Part shown: positions 14,901 to 25,424 of the stretch, in pieces | Layout of the letters: every line of letters begins with the position of its first letter | Position numbering within the stretch: the first letter of the stretch is position 1 | Source of the DNA: Aplysia californica | Taxonomy: Eukaryota | DNA: 64,000 nucleotides | Reading direction: 5' to 3' | NCBI RefSeq assembly: GCF_000002075.1 | Contig: NW_004797290.1 | Coordinates: 2,260,123 to 2,324,122 of the forward strand | Translations under genes and position numbers: made by a program | The notes under the pieces: model-generated | Database searches by the model: none | What the model saw: the letters and a program-made list of their open reading frames with translations, nothing else | Told to the model about the DNA's origin: nothing

Positions 14901-17900
14901 AGATCAGATGCACGGCCCTGTGTAGCCCATTTTTAGTCATTATTAATTAACGTGTGCAGAGCTGCCAAGTGTGGGAAATTGAGAAAAAAAAAATGAACAT
15001 AATTTCCAACCGCAGATGGATGCCTTGACCATTAGATTTTTTGGCGCTGTCATAATAAGTAATGATCAGTATTGTACCATTACCATACAGCTACGAGTAA
15101 CTGACCATATACTCTCTTACAAATTATAGACTGGCTTCAGTAACCTTATTTATATAATAAACTGATAGTAGTATGATATTCTGTAAAAAATTGTTTAACT
15201 CTGGAGTTGGGGAATAGGGTGAGAGGGGCATTCGTAGTTAAATGCTTTTCTTAAAAAGAATAAAATGAGCAATAGCAATCTACTAACTAGGCCTACTTGT
15301 TATGCTGCTTGTTATGTTTTTTTGCTTTTTCCTTGATAAAGCTGTTTTCATTTCTTTCTTTTTCAGGCATAATTGTTGCGGCAATTGGATACGAAAAGGC
15401 ATTTATATTTTCAGGTCAGAATAGTCAGATGTTACATTATTTTGATATTTATTTAGTGGCATTTTCTTTCCTGTGTCGTTCTTGTTATGCAAATCTGTCA
15501 AGTTTTTCACTCCATATAGGCAATGCCAGTCTGATGAAGGTGTATTGTAAAAGCATGATTTGACTAGCCCTGAAGTTAATTGGTGAGTGGTTAGCGGGTG
15601 CTCTGGTTTGGTTTGCTCCTCCTTTCCCATCAAAGATCTACATACATGTATCGTCTTTTAAATATCTCCGTATTTTTTGTGTTTGTTCCTCTTTAGTAAA
15701 TTCCTAATCTTCGACACTTTTTGTTGGAAATAGCAACATAGTAGCATGTCATGAAAATGTAAAGCATTGTCTCAGGTACAAGTGGACTGTGTCTACAACA
15801 AGTACATTGTGATTTCACTTGAATTCTGGACCCTCTTTGACTTTGTTTCAAATGAAAATGGTTTAGGTTTAACGACCCTATCAACACTATATAAGGTCAT
15901 TTTTAAGAGGTGGTACTGGTATCTCCGAGTTTAACATTCATCTCCAAAAGGACCGATCTAAATGGGAAATTAGTGCAAAGTGCCCTAGTTCCCCAGGACA
16001 CAATGTTGGAATGAGCTGAGGCTCGAGCCCTGAAGCCGCACTCTCAAGATTACGGGTTTGGTAGCCTAACCACTGGGCTTACAGACACCACCTCTCTCAA
16101 GTGAATCATAAAGTCCTTTATTATTTATATTTTCTGTGTGCTCTGTTGTGTATAATTCAGTTCCTGTCTATTCTAGAAAGCTTTCAATATTTGGTCTCTT
16201 CAGTCGGGCCCTTGCTTTGCTGCATTCGCTTGTTTGTTCATATAACAATTTCTCCAACTTCTAGCTAGAGGATTAATAGTTTCTTGTCTTACGACGTACA
16301 TATAATTTTGGTGGTTAATCTTTGTAGATCTGCATGTAGCTAGAGGGATGTGACATTTAGCACTATATTCCTTTCAACACTTTTGATGTTATGTAAAATA
16401 TAAGAGACAGACACTTTTGGTGTAGCAGCTAGATTCTTGTACGGAAAGGCTTTTTTAAAATCAAGTAGGCTATCTCTGTCTCAACTGTCTGTCAAATTGG
16501 ATGTCTTGGATTGGGTTGGCCTGCCTCCTCAAAAGTGTCAATAGGGGTGTAAAACACTTACAAATGCAAAAATAACAAAGAGTAGCACCCACTGTTAAAA
16601 AATTTCTCATCTAACTAAAGCAAGATGTTATTTGTAAAGCACTAACCTAACCATTTGGGCCCTGACCATCTGATTCTAATTCGAGGAGTTGAAATTGTTC
16701 AAGCAACCACCCATTGTCAAAGAGAAAAGTGATTGTCTTAACTTAGAGAGTAGCACTAGCAGGCGGACATCTTGGACTGTATCAATACAAACATAAATAT
16801 ATAGGCCTATATAATTTTTAATACACAAGGGAGGAAATGGGCACTGGTTGTTTGCAATTGTCTTGGAGAGGCTGCTGTTGGAGCAGGTTTAACTGTCCTA
16901 TCAAAGCCCTTACCAGCTCAAAAAACTGGTGTCTGTGGTTCAGTGATTGGGCAAGAAGCCATTGGCCTCAATCAAATGACATGAGTTCGGTGCCCTCTTG
17001 GGGAAGCTATTTCACCGAGTATGCCAGTCTTTCTTTGGGGATGCTGTACTGTATCCCGCTTGGCCTGGGCCAGGCCTGATGACGACAGGCAGTGTCGAAG
17101 GACCTCCCCCCCCCCCCCAGGATCTAGATCAGGGGTTTCATATAAAAATAACCTGGGGGTCACTGGAGGAAGAGTCTGGGTGAGCCTAGGCCGCAACAAA
17201 TGTTCCGCACAAAGGAAGATTTCATTTTCAAGTACAGTCCGTGCCGGCTATAAGCACGCCGGCTTAAAGCACGTTTCGGACTTAAGCACGCTAAACGGCT
17301 CTTACTGAATTTTTGCTATATAAATTACACGCCTTTAAGTACGGTAACTTCGGCTTTAGGCACACTTCATTACAAGACAGTCAATACTTTCACGATGACC
17401 CATCGAAGTTCGAACACGGTCTACACTGCAGCAGTGGAGTGTGTTAAGAGAAACACAGAGAACGCAAGTGATGCCAGTGATGGAGACACACTCACACGGG
17501 CGGAGAGGAAGGCACAGAGATGCACACAGCCGCGCGCGGGGACATAGGATCTAGCCTAGGGCAAAGTTACACACAGACTTAAAAATTCAAAGAGAGTCGG
17601 GGAGACGAGAAAGGGCGGTTGGCTGCAATTTCACCTTTGACCCTCGCTATCCATTAATCCTGATTGTGTATCTCGCGCGAGGTGGGATGAAGGAGGTGGT
17701 ATGAATGTTGCACAGCGGGCAGTGGTACGCACAGGCAGCGTGTAGGCCTAGTGTGCTGTATCGTGACTGGCCGTCTAAATTAAGTTTTCATTTCCCATTC
17801 GACCACAAAACAAAAACAAACAAGCAAACAAAAACTACCATGGCGGGTAAAAATACTTACAAACAAAGGGAAATAGCACGGGAAATTTTCTACCTGAAAA

Positions 17901-19151
17901 TCTCTGGATTATGTCTACTTCGCACTCAAGCACGCTTCGGATTTAAGCACGCTTATGCTTTCTCCCGATGACCGTGCTTAAAGCCGGCATGGACTGTATT
18001 TGTGAGGCGTGCTGATAAAATAAGTTACTTTTTGGATTCCAGTTCTAGTTTTAGCCGTATGGACGAAAGATAGGTCAAATTTATAGGTTGAGCTAGTACA
18101 CTTTATTAGTACGGAAAGGTAACAACAGACATGTTAAACTTAAAGTTGAAGAAAATGGTATTGGTTGAAAGTCTAGAAACTTTACGCTTGTCTCGATTTT
18201 AGGCCAATATCATCGTTTGCAGAGTGTGAGTTGTAACTCAGTTTGGAAGAACGACACATTAAAAAAAAATTACAAAGATCTCATCTTCTCAATTTTTATT
18301 AACTGCAGTTCAGAACATCAACCTCTGCAAAAAGTGCAAGTGAGGAAGACTTGCAAATCGTACTAACTCTAAACTTTGATATCCAAGTAGGGGTTGCAAA
18401 ATCTTGTCCCGCAAGCCTAAATTGGCCCACAGGCTATGAGTTTGAGATCCCTGATCTAAATTGTTGTGTCAGTAGGGGTATAGAAAGTGTTACCGTTCAT
18501 TTATTATATCCAGCTCATATAGTTACGATGTTAGGTCTGTCAGCAGATGCTTTGATTGAGTAAGAATGCTGACATGAAGAACAGAGCTTAACCGATTAAA
18601 AAGTCTCCAAACAGGATAGACCAAGAATTGTGTTTTAGTTTTGTCTTGCAAACTAAGGTCATCATAAACCAACAAGCATAACTCAAAACTCCCTTGCAAC
18701 TTGTTAAAAATTATGAATAATGTAGAATTGATTTTTTAAAGGCAAGTGTTATTTTAAAGACCATGAATTTGTAACATTATTCATTCAATATTCTCCAGGT
18801 TGCATTCTGATCTGTGCCAGTCTCATGGAGATGCTTACAGTTGTGTTCCTAAGGAGGGCCATCGAACAGAATACAGACACAAACTCTTTGGATGACCTTG
18901 AGAGAGCCCTCAGAAAAATTTCTGACCACGAAAGTGACGATGAAGAGGAAACTAAAGCTTCACGTCTTTCATTAAGCAAATCAGCGGCAGGCTCCCTCAA
19001 GACAAATTTAAATCAGGATGTTGAAGTGGACAAAAAGGCAGGGGGGGATGAAAATATAGACACTGTTGACTCAGGGCCAGTTGCTGATGATGTGCTTGAA
19101 CCCATAGCCGAAGAAGTTGAGAAGCAAAGCTTTCAAGGATTGGATACTTAA
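2035..19151 (+). CDS. Monocarboxylate transporter-like protein (SLC16/MCT family, MFS), about 1068 aa, 11 coding exons
   Basis: Exons joined in phase at GT-AG sites: 2035-2786, 3202-3371, 4057-4152, 6550-6693, 8172-8291, 9031-10055, 10976-11118, 12085-12212, 14208-14435, 15367-15414, 18799-19151 (3207 nt, divisible by 3). MCT signatures: PDIDRGYAWIIL before TM1, ASWIGSV, GPFVGVVLNRLGSRLTVLIAGVVLSLG, RFNRFRGLACGLLATGTGVG, FGLRGTYLLWAGILLH, LLKNKPFLVF, GRFLSGLIA, YLIGPPLAG. AATAAA at 19239 and 19296. Subfamily cannot be assigned by eye. Confidence 0.9.
7297..7370. repeat. (CA)n microsatellite
   Basis: Read directly. Others: (TG)n 8916-8958, (TC)n 43239-43293, (CA)n 47396-47423. Confidence 0.95.
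7775..7955 (+). mobile_element. Dispersed repeat, probable DNA transposon fragment (second copy about 25910-26098)
   Basis: CAAGCTTTGGAAGTCACCAAA...CCTTCAATCGCxAATATCT...AGATGATxCxAAxAACTCCATA...AAAAATxAACGAGCGC is shared with 25915-26098. A TTAA|AGG start suggests Kolobok (inference). Confidence 0.55.
10152..10398. mobile_element. Two abutting Tc1/mariner(pogo)-type MITEs (10152-10294 and 10297-10398)
   Basis: TA|CAGTCGAG...CACTG|TA|CAGTCGGG...TAGACTG|TA: CAGT...ACTG termini with TA target sites, the central TA shared. Confidence 0.6.
11150..11455. mobile_element. piggyBac-like MITE
   Basis: TTAA|CCCTTTGAGCCC ... GGGCTCAGAGGG|TTAA: TIR matching at 11 of 12 bp, with TTAA duplication. Confidence 0.8.
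15868..16089 (-). mobile_element. tRNA-derived SINE, decayed (related copy 20087-20277)
   Basis: Shares CCCTATCAACACTAT...TAAGAG...CTCCGAGTTTAA...CATCTCC...ACACAATGT...ATTACG...GGTAGCCTxACCACT with 20087-20277. Minus-strand head contains an A-box-like AGTGGTTAGG. Confidence 0.65.
17235..17996. mobile_element. pogo/Tigger-like MITE
   Basis: TA|CAGTCCGTGCCGGCTATAAGCACG ... CGTGCTTAAAGCCGGCATGGACTG|TA: 24-bp TIR with 2 mismatches and repeated subterminal AAGCACG. Confidence 0.85.
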
Positions 19152-20086
19152 TAACAGCTGACCACAAAGAGATCTGAGAAGAATGCAAACAACGATGTTG
19201 AATATAATAATATATTTTATATCAAGAAAATGGCAGACAATAAATTTTTTATTTACAATTTATTTAGAGCACAAAATGCATTTGTGTTAAAGACAAATAA
19301 AATGTGCATCATAAATCATTCTCATATTCGGAGTAGTTGTTTCTTTTAATGGTTTACCTGACTGTATTATGTTGGTGTCACACTTGTAGCTCGAACACAA
19401 TATTGAGCTGCTCAGCTCAGTTACAAGACTAGACACAGGCCTACTATGTGCCCTTTGTTGAATATATATGCTGCATTAAGACGTTTGATTTCCTACTTCC
19501 GATATGTTACTTGGAAAGTTGGGCCTCTTCCAGAAGACACATATATCTATGAGATTCATTCATTTCAAATATATATATTTCTTCAAATATATATAGCCAA
19601 ATATGTTTATAAATGTTGTACAAAACACCATGTGCTGGAATCAGTAATAACCTACACACTGCACTGTTTCTTTGGGCGAGAATGAGTCACTACTCAAAGA
19701 GTTCAATGTAAAACTGAGCCTCGAGGCACTATACAAATGCACCTCTCCTGTTGAGGAACCTGTAGCTTTCAGCTGCGGAGGTGTTGCACAAACAAGCTGC
19801 CAGTGTGACATTATCCAGAGACCACAATGCACCACATAAGTGTGCAGACGCAAAGTGTGACACCGAATTACAGTATTATTAGCGGCTTAAAAAACAAAAA
19901 AGAATTTATCTTACTCTCATCTCGGCTCCATACAATGCAGAGCCATTTCTACAGTTTTTCATTGATATGCGCTACATTTTAAGGTAAGCACTAACATGAT
20001 TTTTTGGTGTTTTTGACTTGGAAAATTAACATCCAGAATTTGGGCTAGAAACAATGTTAACATATGAAAAAAAATGGTGAAATGGT

Positions 20087-20277
20087 ATAGGTTAAATGCC
20101 CCTATCAACACTATGAGCTTATTTAAGAGTGGGACCTCCGAGTTTAATGTCCATCTCCGGAGGGACAGAGACAAATGTGCAAAATACCTTTCCCAACAAC
20201 ACAATGTAGAACTGAGCTACGGCTCCAATCCCCAAACCCACAATTACGAGTCTGGTAGCCTCACCACTAGGCCACCA
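20087..20277 (-). mobile_element. tRNA-derived SINE, decayed
   Basis: Paralog of 15868-16089. Minus-strand head GGTGGCCTAGTGGTGAGGCTACCAGACTCGTAA is tRNA-like. Confidence 0.65.
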
Positions 20278-20429
20278 ATGTTAACCTGTAGCATGCTGCA
20301 TTCGCTGCAAAGTACGACTAAAGTTAAAATGTGAGATTCGAATTATTAACGTCTCTAAAAGTGTAAAAAGAAAGATCGTGAACATAGCGAAGTTAATTGT
20401 AGTGACCTGGCTTCAGCATGAGCTGTTTT

Positions 20430-21760
20430 TAAAACTTTTTTTAAAGCACAAATTGGACTTGCCGTAGACTTCAATGGCAATTTAGGAATTGCTAATGCAA
20501 CTGCTACTGAGGATATTCCAGCTGGACACCTCCACTACTCCCTTAAGAACAATTCAGCATCAATAAACATGCTGTAGCTTCATCGCTTGCAGCTGGTATA
20601 AGATTTGGGGGATTGCAAACATTTTGTGAGAATACATGAATGTCCCCAACATTTTAAAAACTATTTGTGTTTAGACTTTCGTGCAACGACAACTTATCGT
20701 TCTATGCATTCAGCAGAAGAAAGTTATGAATGAAGAAGACTTTGCAAGAAGGAAAGGGGAGATAACATTTTAGGAGAATGACATCTTGGTGGGTATTTAT
20801 TTTTATTTTGCCAAGAGTTCTCTACATACATGCTCATTGGTTAGCAGAGCTACAAGATTTCTGAGGTGCTGACCAACTGAAAATGTTGAAACATGGGTCA
20901 ACTCGCTGGCTCAACATTGGAAAATGTCTTCACTAGGCTGCTCCATATCAGGGAGCCCCTGAAGTTATTTTTTAAGAAAGAGTGCAAGAGGACAGCAATA
21001 ACTGGTCATGCAATGAAAAAGTGAAACAAGATATTGGAAACCCTGTCATCCAGATCTACTAAACCGTATCTGATGTTTCTTCAGTTCGCTATTGGGCCCC
21101 TTATAATCGTTCCTCACACAGTTCTCCAATCAGAATCCCCCAAAATTTTATTTTGTCTCTCACGCTTGAATGCAGGCTTCTTATTTAAAAAAATCATGAC
21201 ACACTTTGTGGTACGGTACCTTCTGTTATTAGTGAAAACAAATGTGCTCAAGATGTCCAGTACAAATTGTCTTACAACATGAAAAATGGCTTGTCTGAAT
21301 CCAAACTAGCTGACTTCAAATGCAATATCAAAAAATATTTCCCCACTGTTATTGATTACATGTTGAAGTCCCTCCCCCCTCAATCATCCTGTGTTGGATA
21401 AACTGTCTGTCAGTGTCATAGACCCAATTCTCATTTCTTCATCTTCTGTAAGTGACATCTACTTCTTAGCAAAAAAGTAACCTGTACTAATCCCAGCTGA
21501 AGCTTCAGTTAAAATACTTGAACAGTTTGTCAACTTGCAATGCTCTGTTCGGTGTTCCACAAGACTTGCAGTATGATAGGATTGATCACTTTTGGACCAA
21601 GATAGCCCAATTCACAGAAGGATGTTAAAAGCCATATATGGTGCCATTGCATTCTTCATGCTCGGGCTCTTAACTATTCTTCAAGGTAGTGCACATTGAG
21701 AGAGGGTGTTCTCATGCCTTCCAAATAAAGACTGACCAGCCATCCTCAATGGCTATTCTG
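20430..21760 (+). pseudogene. Decayed hAT-family transposase
   Basis: MLKHGSTRWLNIGKCL at about 20883-20930 (hAT TRW motif) and LLTILQGSAH*ERVFS at 21667-21714 (hAT C-terminal dimerisation motif). Many stops and frameshifts. Boundaries approximate. Confidence 0.7.
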
Positions 21761-22245
21761 GGTTGCTTTTTTTTTTTGTCAGATAAGAAGAAAAGATGAA
21801 GACAGCAAAAGAGGCTTGGGACTTGATAAGGTCAATCGCAGAAGGCACAGCAATCATATCAATGTACTTCGAACTACTGGAGAAGCAGCAAACCGTGGCA
21901 AAAGAAAGAAAACGCCCTTATATACTGTAGTTACACAACAGTTGCTTTCGGAATACTGCACATACTCTCCGTGTGTTTCATTAGACAACGTGAAGGCCAA
22001 CTTACATCACATTGACAACAACCAGTATTTAAAACATGAGCATAATTGTATGCGGAACTGGGACAACCTATTTTGTTTTTTGAAAACCAAGTTTATTTTT
22101 CAGAAAGGACAGACTGAATCAAATAGACCTGTTGAGAGAGCCAGCGCATCAGATACTCAGCCAACCACCGAACCACTCACAACACAGTCCGCCATTCACT
22201 TTGATTCAGATTTGATAGTGGTTTCAACTCCAACCCCTTCATACT

Positions 22246-23075
22246 GTGATAACGTTTCTTGTGTTTCTACAAAGAAGGCAACCCCCCCCCCCCACCTTTT
22301 TTGAGATACTCAAAGCCCAGAAAAAAATACTTTCTATTTTGAGGAAAGACTCAACTGCTTTCAAACATTTGTACACATTAATAGCAATTAATGAAAGAGA
22401 AAAGTGTCAGAAGGACATAATTAAACAGTTACAGGCAAGCCTGAAAGAGCAGGAACTGTGTGTAAAAAAACTGCAGCAGCAGAACAAGTCTTTTTCTCAG
22501 AAGCAGGCAGAATTGTCAAAAGACAATATAAGAAACTCTTGAAAGAAGGGGAGGGACTGAAGAAAGAAGTCCACTCATTGAATAATACCATTTACAGTGG
22601 TAAATTTAAAGTAAAAGCGCTAGAGAAAGATATTAACGAGTTAGGTGAAAATTGCCAGAACCTCCAGAGCCTACTCCGTGACAACGGTATTGACAATGAT
22701 GTGTACCCTGCCAAAGATGGCAAAATGTATTCTGTTGACATTCGGTCTTGTGTAAACCAGGAATTACTGTTTGATGTGCCTGTACAGAACTGTGGATTAC
22801 TTATCGAGAAATTTTCTAATATCTTTCTTGGAAAGAAACTATCTAGTATTCAAAGTACTAGATGGCCTATGAGTTAGGTGTTTTGGCCTCAATTCAGGTC
22901 TCTGAGTTTATTGTCAATCAGAACCTCCTGTGCTTGTCATGGGATGCAACAACAGCAGACGGCACACATGTGAATGAGATACATGTTACTGTGAACAAGT
23001 CGGAGTGCTTGTGCCTAGATGTTCGCCATTTGCCTTGTGGCAAAGCGTCAGACTATGTAACACACATTATGTTGG
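22246..23075 (+). pseudogene. Decayed DNA-transposase-like ORF (coiled coil followed by a putative first catalytic Asp), family unassigned
   Basis: Frameshifted ORFs 22246-22542, 22458-22877 and 22862-23182: coiled coil, then KMYSVDIRSC, MAYELGVLASIQVSEF, LCLSWDATTADGTHVNEIHVT, LPCGKASDYVTHI. No splice structure. Confidence 0.5.
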
Positions 23076-23199
23076 CCTTGACAGCTATATCATACCATAT
23101 TCGGATGAGAAATGGCACGAAAGCTCCCGTTTGCACCAAAACATTCAGAAGCATCACTTGTGTTTCGGAGAACAGAATCTAGCGACTTGATAGATATTT

Positions 23200-24200
23200 C
23201 AAGGCAACTGGCCACTTCATGCCTAAAAGGAAAAGTGAGTCAAGACAGATGCCATCAGACTTTGTTGTGTCCAATTCTATTAACGAGTGGATTTCTTCCT
23301 ACAAGTGTTGGGAGAGTCATTACGGTAGCGAAAAGAGTGTACGCTCTTTTTTACCCCCAGAACTGTCTATCAACAGAATGAGGAGAGACTAGAAACAGCT
23401 GAGACAGTCAGGGGCCAGAGAAACATCCCTTTCAAAGTTCAAGGGAATTTTCTATACATGTTTTAACATTGGCTTCGGAAAACCAAGGTCCGACGTGTGC
23501 TCCTTCTGCTCTTCCATGGCTGAAACTTCACGCAGAGCAGGATCAGCTTTTGAAGCAGCAGAAAATCACAGAACTGCATGCTCACTGTAAGGGTCAGAAA
23601 GTTCCATCAGCTTTTCGTTGATATGATAAATGAGTGCTTTGACATGCTACAGAATCAACCACTGCCAAAACTTAGCATTGGCGAAGTATTGTCTGGCTGT
23701 AGCCTACAACTTGACTTTACTCCTCCAGGGATGTTCAGAGGGACCAGACAACGTTGACATCTACACATGGCTGGAAATGGAAAGTGGCCGTGGCTATTTA
23801 TAATGAAGTAGCTTCAGCATTGAAACATTGTGAAAAACTCTAGAGTAAATTTCTGGAGAAAGGTGCAGGGCCAAATAAGCTTCAGTTGTTTAGTAACGCA
23901 TGTAGCTCTGCAGTCATGGGCCTGCTGACAAACATAATGTCGAAAACCAGAATTTTTCAATCAATTAGCCACATTTTCCCTCCATTAGAGGATATAGTTA
24001 GTTATATGGCCACACACAGAGTGTCCAGGCGCATTGAGAAAGGTTTAGAAGGCGTGAAGCCATTGTCTGTTTACAGGAGTATCACCCAATTTTAGCTAAA
24101 CATGGCAGAGTTCATCTCAGTATCTCAAGAGCTGCTGCAGTGTCCACAATTCTGGGACACTGGTTCAGACGGAGCACATTACACTTCCAGTGAGAAAGGG
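23200..24200 (+). pseudogene. Decayed Sola1-like transposase
   Basis: Ordered motifs FNIGFGKPRSDVCSFC (23462), FDMLQNQPLPKLSIGEV (23638), IYTWLEMESGRG..NEVASAL (23759), LFSNAC (23886), RGYS.YMATHRVSRRIEK (about 23987). These follow the Sola1 pattern FDLQ..LP.P / W.E...RG.NE / SDSC / GHS.LP.DR.FG.IE as I recall it. Confidence 0.65.
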
Positions 24201-24556
24201 TGGAAGTGGCAGAGGCAAAAACACCCAACGATCAAGAACCTCGATTGACTTTGAATGATACTGAATGGCTCTGCATGCAGTAGGCGGGGTGTCTATCCCC
24301 CCAAAAGCTGGCACTTTGGAATTTTGTGTTCATTGTAATAAAATAAAGTATTTCTTATGGCTTTTTAATCCGACAGTTGGTGAATGTTGAAGGCAGATAA
24401 TTATTAGAGGGCTATGACACCAAATTACAATCACTTCCCAAAAGCACTGTGAACCCAAATCTGGAGCTAAGAGGCAAGGCCCTATGAGAAACTGTGTTGT
24501 GTGCAACGAAGGCTTCAAGAATAGAAAAGGATTTGTTTAATATTTTGTTTAGTACA

Positions 24557-24598
24557 GGGTTTTATGGCCCTCGCAACTGCATAAGGTCATATGAGCGC
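24557..24598 (-). mobile_element. Isolated 3' tail of an I/Nimb-group LINE or SINE
   Basis: Reverse complement GCGCTCATATGACCTTATGCAGTTGCGAGGGCCATAAAACCC is nearly identical to the 3' ends at 44601-44643 and 45284-45326. Confidence 0.6.
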
Positions 24599-25424
24599 GC
24601 GAAACACAAGTTGGTAGCATTCGCAAGCCCCCTTAAGCTCCAGCTGTCTAACATTAGACCTTGTTAGCGGAATGATTAGAAAACAATTCAATAGAAAACA
24701 GACTTCAAATGAGTGTATGCACTACCAACTGCCTCTGTGCATTCCTGACTTTCACAGATTACCACACAAAACGTATTTACAAACTTTGAACTGAACACAC
24801 TGACAAAAGCACACAAACACAGCGATAAATGTGAGTGGAAAATTTATTTCCAACTCTTATATGTGTTTTTTTAAAATTCTTCATCAATTTGTGGTTAATA
24901 TGATGTATGATACAATTTTCTAGCTTCAGTGGGGTGTGTTTTATGACTGTTTTTCTGACATTACCTTGTGTCAGTGTAGTTTAAGCAAAAATAATCAACA
25001 GCTGAGGGCAAGTACAGGTAAAAAATAACTGACTGCTGTAAAGGTAAAGTATGTACACTGCAAATCTGGAATAGTTTTCTTTGAAAAGAGAAAATGTGAA
25101 CTAAATTTTTTTAAAGTTCCAGATGGTCGTCGTGGAGACATTTTTGACGAAAATTAAAAATGTATTTGTATGTGTTGTTTACATGATCCTTAAATGTCAC
25201 AGCATTCATGTTTTAAGGCACCAAGGCCGTGATCAGAAAAAATACTAGAATCTGTTAGTGCTTGCCTTTGCCTCTGAAAGCAACCCTCACAAATAAGGAT
25301 AAATGCACCAAAACCTTCCCATGAAAATAAATAGCAGCCATAAATTGGTTTCATGTAGAAAATAAAAACAGCCAATCATTAAAACTTAACAGCAACAAAC
25401 AATGATTCCCAGACATTCTTTTCC

